Shown here: piece after piece, positions 26,201-38,489 of the stretch | Numbering within the stretch: position 1 is the first letter of the stretch | How the letters are laid out: each line of letters begins with the position of its first letter | NCBI GenBank assembly: GCA_037447605.1 | Contig: CM074806.1 | Location: 2,232,001 to 2,296,000 of the forward strand | Origin: Zygnema circumcarinatum SAG 698-1b | Lineage: Eukaryota; Plantae; Zygnematophyceae | DNA: 64,000 nucleotides | Direction: 5' to 3' | Made by a program: the position numbers and the translations under genes | The notes under the pieces: generated by a model | The model's database searches: none | What the model was told of the DNA's origin: nothing | What the model saw: the letters and a program-made list of their open reading frames with translations, nothing else

Positions 26201-27614
26201 CGATCCCAACCCAATTTATGAAAATGTGGGCATCAAAAAGCTTGTCTATTGTCCACACTCCTTCTTGGCGCAATCCTGACCAACATGCTCAAAGTGCAGC
26301 AACATTCTCAGCCTGCTATTCACGATGTTGGTAAAATTGTGTATGTTGTGACTTTATGTTGATTGATCACCACAACCGTGGAGGCTAATCCACTAGATAC
26401 CTTTTCCTGCTCTACTTCACGCTTTTCTTATTTCTTGTTGTCCGAGCGGGGATGTGGGCACAGCTTGTAGAGCCCGGCCTCGGCTCAGGAATGCTTTGGG
26501 AGACATGGCAGAATGGGCCAACCAGTAACAATATGCCGCCAATCTGTGGCCCTTTATTCTCCTTCACAGTCTCTGTGCTTGCTCTTCCCGGCACTCCGAG
26601 CTGGAGGGTCAGTAAGGACCACTCCAAGTTTGGGGTAACGGCACCAAGGGCGCCATGTACCTGCTCTCAGGCACGTGCTTGGTCTCAGGTGTGGCCGTCT
26701 CTATGCAGGAATGATGCTGCAGCTTGGAGGTTAGTAGGAGCAGCTTGAGTTTGCAGGGTGTCCGCCTTCTCTAGTCCTCATGACGATGAGCTTAGAGCTT
26801 ATCTGGTCGACTTCCTCCTCGAAAAGTTTGTGCTTGATTGTGTATGCACTCGCCATGATGAAATAGATCGAGTCACCAAGTTATGGGAGTTTTTTTCATT
26901 GTTGGTCTGGGGGGTTGGTGTAGCATGGGTAGTTCATGTCCAGTACTTTTCCCAATTCAGCATTTGACGAAGTAATGATGGAAGCTTATTCTTTCATGTA
27001 GACAATGGGCTTTCATGGACACTGATTTACTCCTGTTTCTGACTCTTCTCAATCTGACTCCCCCGTGTCATTTTTGCAGGGACAACGTCAGCAGTTTCGC
27101 ATGAAGGTTTTGAGAAACAACTCAGTCTGCATTGGCGATATGAACAGGTGAGGAACACTTCTGCTGCCAGCCTCACAGATTACGCCTTGCAACTCTGTTT
27201 CTCCGTCAGGAGCCAAGCCGTCTTAATCATGTGAATGTTAGGGTTGGCCACTCTTTGTTTGACAAATTGTTGCACAGTTGAAGTTTATAGGTAGTGCAAG
27301 AAACCAAGTCTGCGCCTATCTTGCAACGGATTTCCTTGCGCTGGGCAGTTGAGTAATCACCATTCCTCGACTCATACATGCGAATACACACAACCGCCGC
27401 GCTGTTTCTATGCAGACAGAAGAGTCAGAACTTCAGGGGAGGAGGAACTGTCTGCTTCCTTCAAAACGACGCAATCTGGACTGCATTTTTTGGCATCATC
27501 GCCTCTGTTGAATGCCCTTCCCAACCGCCGCCCCCCCCCCAAGCCTCCGTTCCCCCCCTCAGGGGCCCTCCTCTATTGTCACCGAACGTGTCTTCCCTCC
27601 ATGCCTCGTCATGA
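23210..27614 (+). CDS. DNASE2: Secreted/vacuolar deoxyribonuclease II (acid endonuclease, PLD fold), about 9 exons
   Basis: Signal peptide MAFFSRSMLVLGLLPALMSGA, then GCRNNNGSPVDWWVAIK, GNALADTLQQLY, WNDE...DAHSKGVFGF...GFLLVHSVPKFP, YGQSFLCISL, LRSAGGQTFAIFAK, ETWQNG...PIC, KDHSKF, VCIGDMNR and SQNFRGGGTVC...IWTAF, in the colinear order of DNase II family motifs. The junction near 25497-25620 is unresolved. Confidence 0.88.
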
Positions 27615-28354
27615 CCATGTCAGCCTTTGGCGACTCAGCCGCCAGACTTGCCAGCCACAGCCATTGGTCGGTCGTGATCCCGCCAGACATCTACCTTGCG
27701 TTTGCAACGGACCTAAGGCGCTTTCAGTGGCTCCGTTTCGCAGGAGAATACTGCAGCTGGATAGAAAGTAAGGCTAAGAACGAAGATCCTCCTATTCACC
27801 GCAAACCTGACCTGCAAGCGTTCACCGTGCTTATTTTCTTTTCGCGATTAGAAGCAGGTTTTTGCCATTTGACATACAGGCTATTCGAACGAAAATGTAC
27901 ATTGTCTAATGCAGTTCTTTCCAATAGCGCGTATGCGAAATAGTCCAGCATTCAACAAGAGAAAGAGCCAAATTCCAGGACGGTGTTACTGCAATTTAGA
28001 GAACAATGAAGTGCTTCGTTTTCATGACAACGACCTCATATGAAATTTTGGTGCTTTAGAACTCTGTGTAATCGTTTGCCCTTCAAACTTTTGCCCAACA
28101 TTTCAATGCAATCTGCACGAGTACAGTTTCTTCAACATCCGTGGTGGGCGTTTTGAAGGTGCCAGCTGTTAGCTTGGAAAATTGAATCATCCATGCCTTG
28201 CATCCGCATCCGCTACCCCTCTCGGAGCATGCTCAGCCTATTATTAGCCCGAGCTACTCAGAAGTGGCTGCAAAAGGCGGAAACATGAGCCAGCAGCGCA
28301 GCTCACTAAGACATGCATTGCCCCTCTTGGACGCTTTGAAGAAAAATAATCAGT

Positions 28355-30497
28355 CTACAAGCGAGTCAACCTCCCTTGTTCATCTCTGTTCCACCTTCCC
28401 GAGTAATAGTCAGAATACGAGCCAGAGCTCTCCGCTTCAGGAGCTTCCAATGAATTCATTGAATCTTCCATTGCCTGGATCGTCGTCTTGGAAAGAACAT
28501 CGTATGCCCTTGTATCCGTACAATCATCCATGAACAACAGAACGCCACACAATCCGTCGCCAAATGACGATGTAAACTCCCGTATTGCACTGTCGGCCTT
28601 GGTCTTCTGAAAGAAATACCGTAGTAAGGCATTTTTGCGGAGCGCAATAATTGATACGGCAATGACGGCACAGGCAATTATAATATTGTACTGCATTGGA
28701 ATGTCGACATTGAAGTATTCAAAACTACGCGGTCTTTCCAGATCCTGCTCTTGATGTCCATATCTGAAGCCAATGTCCGGGTCATTTCCTCGCCACGAGT
28801 TCATCAGATCGCCACGAACTGATCCGTCATATCTATCTGCCGACCATAAGAAAAGAAGTACATTAGTGAGTCGTAGAAATGGTGCTGGCAGATGCGGCAC
28901 AAAAGGCACAGTGCTCCGATCCTTGACCTTTTACAAACAAGCACACAGGAGGAAAGGCTGGCTCGACGAAGGTGCAAGTCTCAAAGCCGAATTTTGGTAC
29001 ACTTGTCCGAAGCAAGGGGACCAAACCATATTGGGATTTATCGCCGCAGTCTCCTGAAGGGAAAATCCAAGAGTTACTCATTAGTCCCCGGCTGAAACAA
29101 GATCCGGCTTATAGCCATTGTTTTGGCCTTTAGAGGCTTGGAACGTAACTGTGCCATAATTGTTAAGTGAAACTCGTATACAGATTTCGAAGAATATAAT
29201 CTTTGAGCACATCGCAAAATATTAACAAGGTGCAGGCTCACCCTTTCTGAACATGGGCGATTCCTCGTCACGAGCAGGCGAAGGAGAATAAGGGCTTTCG
29301 CTGAAGACGGACGAAACGTTTAAATCAATTCGCTTCACACCGCCAACTGCATGACAATGCGGATGTTTGCAAATGGTTTCAACATTCTCATCTCAGTCCA
29401 TAGAAGTAAAATAGTGCCATTTTTTCGCTCATGGTGAAACCTTCCTTTGGAATCCCGATCCTTTCGTCGAATTCTTTCTGACTTGAATGTTATTGAGTGT
29501 CTTTGCAACCTACAAGCATGACCATCACATACGTGCAACAACCTTTGAAGTGATGTACTTGGTGGAGGGAAGTGCGATGAAGCGTTTGCATTTCCAACAC
29601 CAAGATTCCATTTTCAGCGCCGACCGTGCTTGCGCTTGGAAATTTAAAGGCGTACTCCAAGGAATTCGAGAAGACATTGCCACATGGTGCTGTCCAGGCC
29701 TGTAGACATCACCAAACAAGGCAAGTCTGTGTTACGCGTATCTCTCCTCAGCGAGATGCGCGTATCTCTCCTCAGCGAGATGTACGCTAACATAATTCAG
29801 GTATTTCGGTCACTGATGTACATACCTTCTCTGAAATATGGACGGAAAGCGTACATGCTTCCAAAACTCCCTGTAAGTCGCTGAAAGTAGTTTTCGTTTG
29901 GTTCATTCCCTCTCTATACATAATCAGCTCACTGACACGCAAGAACAGTTGAAAGTTATCAGACCGGGTTCTCCGAATTGGAGATGGCCATGCAGATGTA
30001 GATCAGTTCCTCCTAAAGCTATCCAAAATCTTAATTTTCAGGTCTCGAACATACAGTAAAATCCATATCAGAGTGGAAGTACGATAAGATTTCTGTGCCG
30101 GTAAAGCAAGGTGGCTTTCCTATAGAGTGTCCACATAAAAAAAAACTGGGGCGATAGTTCAGTATGTACTTTCCTCATATCACGTACATTCTCTGGTATG
30201 AAAGCCTTCGCTTACCAGCGTTCTATTGAATGACCTTTAGAACAACCAAGAAAATCATAGAATTTACCCAAACAAGAAGACTTCCGCGATAGAAAACTTG
30301 GACGATTTGCAAAATGTTCTGTCTTGTCCAGCGGCGTCACTTCGAGATTGATCCATTGATTGACCGACTGTGCCGTCATGGAAGTCCGTAAACACCGATG
30401 ATTCCGCATTTTCTGCTGCTTGTGTTCTGCCTTCGTTGAGGCCGAAAAGAAAACAGCAACAGATGCAGAGCGTCTTCAAGAGCTTCCGCACCTCCAT
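28355..30497 (-). CDS. Uncharacterised single-pass membrane protein (signal peptide, Cys-containing ectodomain, TM helix, acidic tail)
   Basis: N-terminal MEVRKLLKTLCICCCFLFGLNEG, several GT-AG-bounded Cys-rich exons (GKPPCFTG, AWTAPCGNVF, ICKHPHCHAV, GDCGDK...CTFVEPAFPPVC) and a last exon with IIIACAVIAVSIIAL followed by RK. No family recognised; internal exon structure is approximate. Confidence 0.6.
29735..29782 (+). repeat. 24-bp direct tandem duplication (intronic)
   Basis: CGCGTATCTCTCCTCAGCGAGATG x2. Confidence 0.9.
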
Positions 30498-31547
30498 TCC
30501 GGCGGCCTCTCTTCCTCTCTGCAGCGCCGTCCAGGCGGCCTGCCTTGCCCTGCCTGCAAGGCCGCGCTGCTGCCCGCAGGCTCCAAACCGGAGTCCGGAC
30601 AGGAAGGCGATATCGAGCAGACATCCGATATGATATCAGATCGATATCAAAGGTCCATTTGCGATACATCGACTCTCCTGCGATATATAATACCGATATC
30701 GATACGTGCCTCAAAAGCAGGCGCAGGTGGGTACAGTACAGTACCAGGTACTGTCTTACCAAATGAATGACGTCATCTATCGAAGGTTCCTGCGGCGTTG
30801 TCGGCAGCGCACGAGGAACGGACGGCGGCGATTGGACAATGCCGCTGCGCGCACCCGGAAGATGCCACGTGCCAGCGAGAAAGCGATTCTGCGCACCCTC
30901 ATGACGCCAGCATCGTGCGGCTCCCCTTCGCTCGTTCTAGGGGCTGGCTCTAACATGAAAAACCCTCCCTCCCGTGTTACCGTGACGTGACCTGAGGAAC
31001 GACAGTTCGGCACACGTAGCGGCAGTTTGGCAGTTGGCGGTTCCTGGAACTGCTGGTTCCGTTCCATGTGCGCAGGCAGAGGGCGGCAAACAGCGTCGCC
31101 TGGCGCACATGTGGCAGCGTGATTAGGGTTCCCTTCCGCCCTCCCGGCCTCGCTTTGGCACTTGCGGACAGCCCTCAGCTCCGCGCAGCTTAGGGCGGAT
31201 GTGGATCTGGAAGAGACAGACGAACAGGGCGAGAGGACGGAGCTGGGCCGCCATGGCCTTCAGCTTGCCCGTGCCTTTGTTGTTCTGGACATGGAGGGGC
31301 GGGCGGTAGAAGAAGCAGGCCTTGCTTTCACAACATGCTTTGCTAAGCATGTTTTGTCCTTTTGAGCCTCAAACTACTCGCCGGGGCCGTCGTTCACAAA
31401 CTTAGGGTTGCTGAATTGCTGCCTCTTCCTTTTTTCCCCTTTTCATAATATCGATCCTAAAAAATTCACCGCATTCTAGGTCGCTAATAGGCTACAGGGC
31501 GATTCGTGCCCGGGAGAATACTGCCAATGTTGTGAGGGTTGTGTAGA

Positions 31548-34500
31548 ATGGAATGTAATCGAGACGAAGCTCTTAGGGCGAAAGAAGTTGCGGAAAAGAA
31601 AATTGCAAGCGCTGATTTTACATCTGCTCGAAAGTATGTGGAACTTGCTCAACGTCTTTTTCCGGGCCTAGACGGACTGCCACAGGTGGTGGCCGTCATA
31701 GACGTGCAGGCAGTCGCTCAGGAAAGGGTGGGAAGTGACAGCAATTGGTATGGCATTCTCCAAGTGGAGCCCACGGCAGACGATGCAGTCATCAAGAAGC
31801 AGTACCGGAAACTGGCGCTGCTTCTTCATCCAGACAAGAACAAGGGCGTGGGAGCTGAGGCAGCCTTCAAAATTATCGGCGAAGCTCTCGCCGTTCTCTC
31901 AGACAAGACACGAAGAGCTGCTTTTGATTTGCGGCGGAAGTCGGCCACAGCCAGAAAGGTTGCCAATGGCCCTGCGCCGGGCGGAGGGCGAGCAAAGACT
32001 AATAATCCGCACCCACAGCCGCCACAGCAGCCAGCGTTTGCGAACAGCCACCAAACGGGGCATGCACATCCTGCTACTCAAAACGCTTCCGGTGCGTTTT
32101 ACATCACCTGCCCGTACTGTGGCGACGTATCAGGATGTCTTGTAACAAATCGCAACAAGCCTGTCCAATGTGTGAGGTGTAGGAAATACTACATTGCTGT
32201 AGACATGGCCGCGCAGGCTCAGGAAGCACCCGGGGCTGCTTATGCCGGCTACAATCAGCAGCAGTCGGCCTTTTTCTACCGGTCTCAAAGTGGGTCTAGC
32301 TGGCCCTCACAGCAGGCGGGAGCCGGCACCGGTGCAGGGGCAGGGATGGCGGTGGATTCAGGGGGCGGGTTTGCAGGGCAGACGGCCGCTAATGGCACCG
32401 GCGAATTTGTTCAAAACGTTTGGAACACTGTTCAGAAACAGAAAGCAGAGGAAGCAGAGAGGAAGAGACAGGAGAAGGAGGCAAAGAGGAAGGAGAGAGA
32501 GGAGATTAAACGGAAAGCAAGAGAGGAGGAGGAGCATCGGAGAAGGGAGGAGAGGGAGAGGAGAGAGAAAGAGAAGCTGGAGCAAGTGGCCAAAACAAGA
32601 GCGGCTAAAGAGGCAAAGGAAGCAGCGCGGAAAAGGGATTTGGAGACCTTAAAGAATAAGCGGAAGGTTTTAGAGGAGAAAGCAGACTCAAGGAAGAAGG
32701 ACGATGGGAAACAGAAGGCGCATAAAAGGATCAAGAGGTCAAGGGTGGATTTGGAGGATGATGATGAAGATATTGACTTGTGTTTGGAAGATGATGACGT
32801 AGACCATGCTCCAAAGGAGAACCTGAAAAAGGCAGGGTTGGATGCGTCGCACAACGGGATGGGACCAGTAAGAAGATCTATGAGGAACAGGGCGAAAGTG
32901 AGTTACAGAGTGGACGATAGCAGTGACGGAGAAGATGGTGAACCTAAAGTGGAAAATGGTCATGGCATGGGTAAAGCTGCTGCTGCTGCAGTTGCTGGGA
33001 AGTCAAGCTTGCAAGCTGGACCAAACAACCGGGTTAATGGAGGGGAGGAATCCTCACCACAAGAAGAACAGCCGACCTCGACTGCTGGTAATCCAACTGT
33101 AAAGAATGACAGGGGAGAGTCGTTAGAGGCAAGTGCAACAATTGCAAAGGACTCTGTCCCCTCTCATTCACATCATAAAAACACTTCTCCACAACAGCAG
33201 CAGCCTCACACACCTCCGCAGTCTCAACAGAGCTCTCCTCTTAAGCAGAAGTTCATGCAGCAACAACAGGAGAAGTCCTTGCCTGCGGAAGATGGTTTGG
33301 AGCAGGAAATTGAACGCCTAGTAAAAAAGCAAAAGAAAATGGGCCCTACTGGAGAAGGAAGCACCATTGCTTCAGTGGGAAAGAAGGAAATCTCACTAGC
33401 AGAGCTGAATGGTCTGCGGTATCAACAGACAGCAGGAGCTACCGCAACTTCTCAGCACGTGTTTCCTGAGCAGCCTCAAACTGGTTGCACTCTTTCATGC
33501 CCACCAAAAGTTCTTGAGGAAGAAACAGATTCCTCGACACTATCTCGTGACAAGGCCGGAACCAATAGCGAGTTACATATGGAAGTTCCGGATCCAGACT
33601 TCCACATTTTTGATCAAGAACGACTTGAAGAACACATCCAATCATCGCAGGTTTACAACCAATGCTCGACTCAGTCTGTGTCGTGGTCTGCCCACTTGTC
33701 TGCCCACTTACTGACATCGCACTGCGCATGGTTTGCTGGAGTAACAGGATAATGTAGCTAAGAGAACTGTGTGGGCTGCTGATAGCGGTAGTGGCGATCT
33801 ACGGTAGTGCTGTCAACTCCTGTTGAGATGCCAGGCCTAAGTCTGGAGGCAGAAAAGGCGAACCTGAAGTGAAAAAAAGAGGATTCCAATCAGCCTCTAG
33901 GCTGCTATTTTCCAGGAGGTGATTTCTCACTGTCAATAACAACTAGGTCGTACATATTGAGATCTGAACCAGTGAAGAAAATTGATTTGTCACTAAATAC
34001 TGAATGTTTGGTCGGCTGGGGCAGATCTGGGCACTTTATGACGAAGTTGATGGTATGCCAAGGTACTACGCCAGGATTTCACAAGTTAATCGCGGGGCTA
34101 AGTTCACTTGCCATGCTTCTTGGTTTGAGACTAAAACCGACATCAAACGCTTCTCAGCAACGAATTGTATTTCGGCAGGCTGTGGAGAGTTCACCATTGG
34201 ATCGAGCAAAAAACATAATTCGATTGGTGTCTTTTCTCACCGAGTATCACCTACTCGGGTAAGTAGTGACAAAAGACAATATTCCATATATCCGCTGAAG
34301 GGAGAAGTATGGGCTCTATACAAGCAGGAATGGCTTCTGTCAGTAAGGGGGATCCGCACAGATGCAAGGGAAGATGATAGCCAATCTGGGAAAAAAATTA
34401 CATACGAAATGGTGGTTGTTGTTGGAGATTACTCGGACTCAATCGGTGTGGAAGTCTGCTATTTGTCGAAAGTTTCTGGTTTCAGGACGATATTCCAGGT

Positions 34501-35126
34501 GAGTCCCCTAAAGTGCATCTGTCCTTTGCAGTGATGCAGCGATATCAACTAGGAGGTTAGGTGGAAGGATATGCAATTACTGGCGAGCTCATGGCTGACT
34601 TAAGTGGGGCGCAAGCCATAACTGACTGGTGCTTTTATCTCGTCTATCAAATGAAACTTGATCGCATTAATAGGAGATGTCTGTGATGTCATAGTGGTGT
34701 CTGGAATTTTTCTGTCGAACCTTTGAAGTTCTACTTGCCTATAACACATCAACTCACTGGATGGGGGCAACAAGTCAACCATGCAAGGAAGCTGGCAAGT
34801 GCTGTGCATCTGTCAGTGGCGGAAAGAGTAACCAATTCGGCAATGGAAACGACGATATGTTGGCTAGAGACCCGCAGCGTGAAGAGGACTTGCCTCGATC
34901 CCCTTTCTCATTTGCGCATGTGACAATCTTGATCGTGCAGAGGAATTTGGAACGAAGTCGAGTCAAGTTTCTTCCTACGGAAATCGTGAAGAGATTTTCA
35001 CACAAGGTGCCTCATCATCAGTGCACAGGCAGTGAATCCCCCGGCGTACCTCCCGGAGCGTGGGAGCTCGACCCAGCTGCTACGCCCATCGATCTAATAC
35101 TTCCGTCTGAAGCGAGTCATAGGTAG
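31548..35126 (+). CDS. DnaJ (J-domain) protein with C-terminal DUF3444. Exons 31548-33650, 34025-34498, 34941-35126
   Basis: MECNRDEALRAKEVAEKK, J-domain with YRKLALLLHPDKNK, FYITCPYC...CVRCRKYYIA zinc-ribbon, and DUF3444 motifs VPDPDFHIFD, QIWALYDEVDGMPRYYARI, FSHRV, YPLKGEVWALYK, FSHKVP and WELDPAATP. Confidence 0.93.
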
Positions 35127-36010
35127 TGTAGCAGCAGCCTGAAGGAGGCAATCTGTGCCGCCCTGTTGGAAATAGTAGTATTGTGGCCGCTGCATTCTCT
35201 CCAGCCGCAGGACATGCGGAGCTTTGCCCGTACGGCTGCCTGGTGGCACCAAGTCACTGAAACGGCGGCATGCCCGAGCAATGGTTATGTACGAGCTGAG
35301 ATGGCAGGGCTCACTCTCTGGCGGAGGTCAGCTATGCATGGCTGCAGCATATGCCGTTCCATCGCGTCCATACTGTAATGTGCTGAACCGCTATGTTGGC
35401 ATTGACTCTATGCAGCGCGGCAGCTTATTTCCGGAGTCTTGAAGCTACCATCTATCGATTGCATATAAGTGCACTATTTTCGCTGCTCTGTGAGTTATAT
35501 CTTTTTAGTCTTGGTTACATAACATGTATAAGTGCTGGAGAGGGGTTGATTGAGGTGTACAATTTGCAGGTGGCCTGTCATCTAGTGGAGAATGGGAGTC
35601 ATCAGCTTAGAGAATGATGCCGTAGTATAGCAGATGGGCGTCGGCTGCAATTGCTCACAAACATTTATAGCAATACAAGGGCTCGAGTCAATGTAGTCGG
35701 CTGAAATTCGCAATTAGCTCCTCCTTTCCTTAAACGGCTTCGGTTGTCATATACTTGTCGCTTTTCGAGTCGGTCCGACATTCTACTCTTGCTTGTTGTA
35801 CGGTGGCTTGCCTTCAAAGCCTTTGAAGATGTGGCTCTTTTGGACTCTGCAGTTTCCCTGGTCCTCCCCTGTGTGACAGCTGCTGTGCGGCGCCTTCCAG
35901 CTCACTTCGCTGACTTGCTGTCTAAATGAAGCGTTGCAGTTTGGAGCCCTCTTGCCTTCGCTTCCTCCAACGAACTGCCTGATCGGGATTGAGTCGTGAT
36001 CTTGGTAGCT

Positions 36011-38489
36011 GGTTGCCAGCCATTGGATTAAGTGGTCGGTTGCCAGCCATTGCATACAACGGTTGATTGCCAGCCATTGGGTTCAATGGTTGGTTGCCAG
36101 CCATTGCAAACAACTGGTGGTTGCCAGCCATTGGATTCAGTGGTCGGTTGCCAGCCATTGGATACCACGGTTGATTGCCAGCCATTAGATTCAATGGTTG
36201 CTTGCCAGTTATTGCAAACAACCGGTGGTTGCCAGCCATTGGATTCGGCGGTCGGTTGCCAGCAATTGCATACAACTGTTGATTGCCCGCCTGGATTCAG
36301 TGGTCGGTTTCCGGCCATTGGATACAACGGTTGACAGCCAGCCATTGGTTTCAATGGTTGGTTTCCAGCCATTGCAAACAACCGGTGGTTGCTAGCCATT
36401 GGATTCAGTGGTCGGTTGCCAGCGATTGCATACAACTGTTGCTTGCCCGCCTGGATTCAGTGGTCGGTTGCCAGCCATTGCATACAACGGTTGATTGCCA
36501 GCCATTGGTTTCAATGGTTGGTTGCCAGCCATTGCAAACAACCGGTGGCTGCCAGCCATTGGATTCAGTGGTCGGTTGCCAACCATTGCATACAACTGTT
36601 GGTTGCCCGCCTGGATTCAGTGGTCGGTTGCCAGCCATTTTATACAACGGTTGATTGCCAGTCATTGGATTCAATGGTTGGATGCCAGCCATTGCAAACA
36701 ACCGGTGGCTGCCAGCCATTGGATTCAGTGGTCGGTTGCCAGCCCCAACCTGACCGCGCTCGCCAGGTACAGGCCCGCCACGACCTTCCGCGCACAGCCG
36801 TACGAGGTTTGGTACACAGCTGAACAGGGCACTCGGGCCAAGCGCTGCAGGGTTAGGGTTGGCATCGGTTCATCTACTCGTCGCCAGACAAGGGCAGAAA
36901 TCTACAAACGAGTGCGTCAAGTTCATTTGTAGATGCATGATCATACAAGTGTATATGCATACAGATAGTGGTTCATGAAGTTGTGCTAAGATTACAGCCC
37001 TTATGCATACAACTGTTGGTTGACCGCCTGGATTCAGTGGTCGGTTGCCAGCCATTGCATACAACGGTTGATTGCCAGCCATTGGATTCAATGGTTGGTT
37101 GCCAGCCATTGCAAACAACCGGTGGTTGCCAGCCATTGGATTCAATGGTTGGTATCCAGCCATTGCAAACAACCGATGGTTGCCAGCCATTGGATACAGT
37201 GGTCGGTTGCCAGCCATTGCAAACAACCGGTGGTCGCCAGCCATTGGATACAGTGGTCGGTTGCCAGCCATTGCAAACAACCGGTAGTTGCCAGCCATTG
37301 GATTCAGTGGTCGGTTGCCAGCGATTGCATACAACTGTTGGTTGCCCGCCTGGATTCAGTGGTCGGTTGCCAGCCATTGCATACAACGGTTGATTGCCAG
37401 CCATTGGATTCAATGGTTGGTATCCAGCCATTGCAAACAACCGATGGTTGCCAGCCATTGGATACAGTGGTCGGTTGCCAGCCATTGCAAACAACCGGTG
37501 GTCGCTAGCCATTGGATACAGTGGTCGGTTGCCAGCCATTGCAAACAACCGGTGGTCGCCAGCCATTGGATACAGTGGTCGGTTGCCAGCCATTGCAAAC
37601 AACCGGTGGCTGCCAGCCATTGGATTCAGTGGTCGGTCGCCAGCCCCAACCTGACCGCGCTCGCCAGGTACAGGCCCCCCACGACCTTCCGCGCACACCC
37701 GTACGAGGTTTGGTACACAGCTGAACAGGGCACTCGGGCCAAGCGCTGCAGGATTAGGGTTGGCATCGGTTCATCTACTCGTCGCCAGACAAGGGCAGAA
37801 ATCTACAAACGAGTGCGTCAAGTTCATTTGTAGATGCATGATCATACAAGTGTATATGCATACAGATAGTGGTTCATGAAGTTGTGCTAAGATTACAGCC
37901 CTTATGCATACAACTGTTGGTTGCCCGCCTGGATTCTGTGGTCGGTTGCCATCCATTGTGTACAACGGTTGATTGCCAGCCATTGAGTACAGTGGTCGGT
38001 TGCCAGCCATTGCAAACAACCGGTGGTTGCCAGCCATTGGATTCAGTGGTCGGTTGCCAGTCATTGGATTCCTTGGTCAGTTGCCAGCCATTGGATACAA
38101 CGGTCGATCGCCAGCCATTGGCTTCAATGGCTGGATGCCAGCCATTGGGTACAACGGTTAATTGCCAGCCATTGGATTCAGTGGTCGGTTGCCATCCATT
38201 GCATACAACGGTTGATTGCCAGCCATTGAATACAGTGGTCGGTTGCCAGCCATTGCAAACAACCGGTGGTTGCCAGCCATTGGATTCAGTGGTCGGTTGC
38301 CAGACATTGGATTCCGTGGTCAGTTGCCAGCCATTGGATACAACGGTCGATCGCCAGCCATTGGCTTCAAGGGCTGGATGCCAGCCATTGGATACAACGG
38401 TTGATTGCCAGCCATTGGATTCAGTGGTCGGTTGCCAGCCATTGGATACAATGGTTGATTTTCAGCCATTGGATTCAATGGCTGGATGC
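36011..38489. repeat. About 2.5-kb satellite of 27-bp units (core GGTTGCCAGCCATTG + 12-bp variant), interrupted by two copies of a ~260-bp unique segment
   Basis: Variants GATTCAGTGGTC, CATACAACGGTT, GATTCAATGGTT, CAAACAACCGGT and GATACAGTGGTC recur in cycles. The unique segment occurs at ~36745-37005 and ~37646-37905 (period 901 bp). Confidence 0.95.

Noticed and set aside
36011-38489. CRISPR-like array (constant repeat + variable spacer)
   Set aside because: The spacers are only 12 bp and come from about 5 recurring variants rather than being unique. There are no cas genes and the context is eukaryotic.
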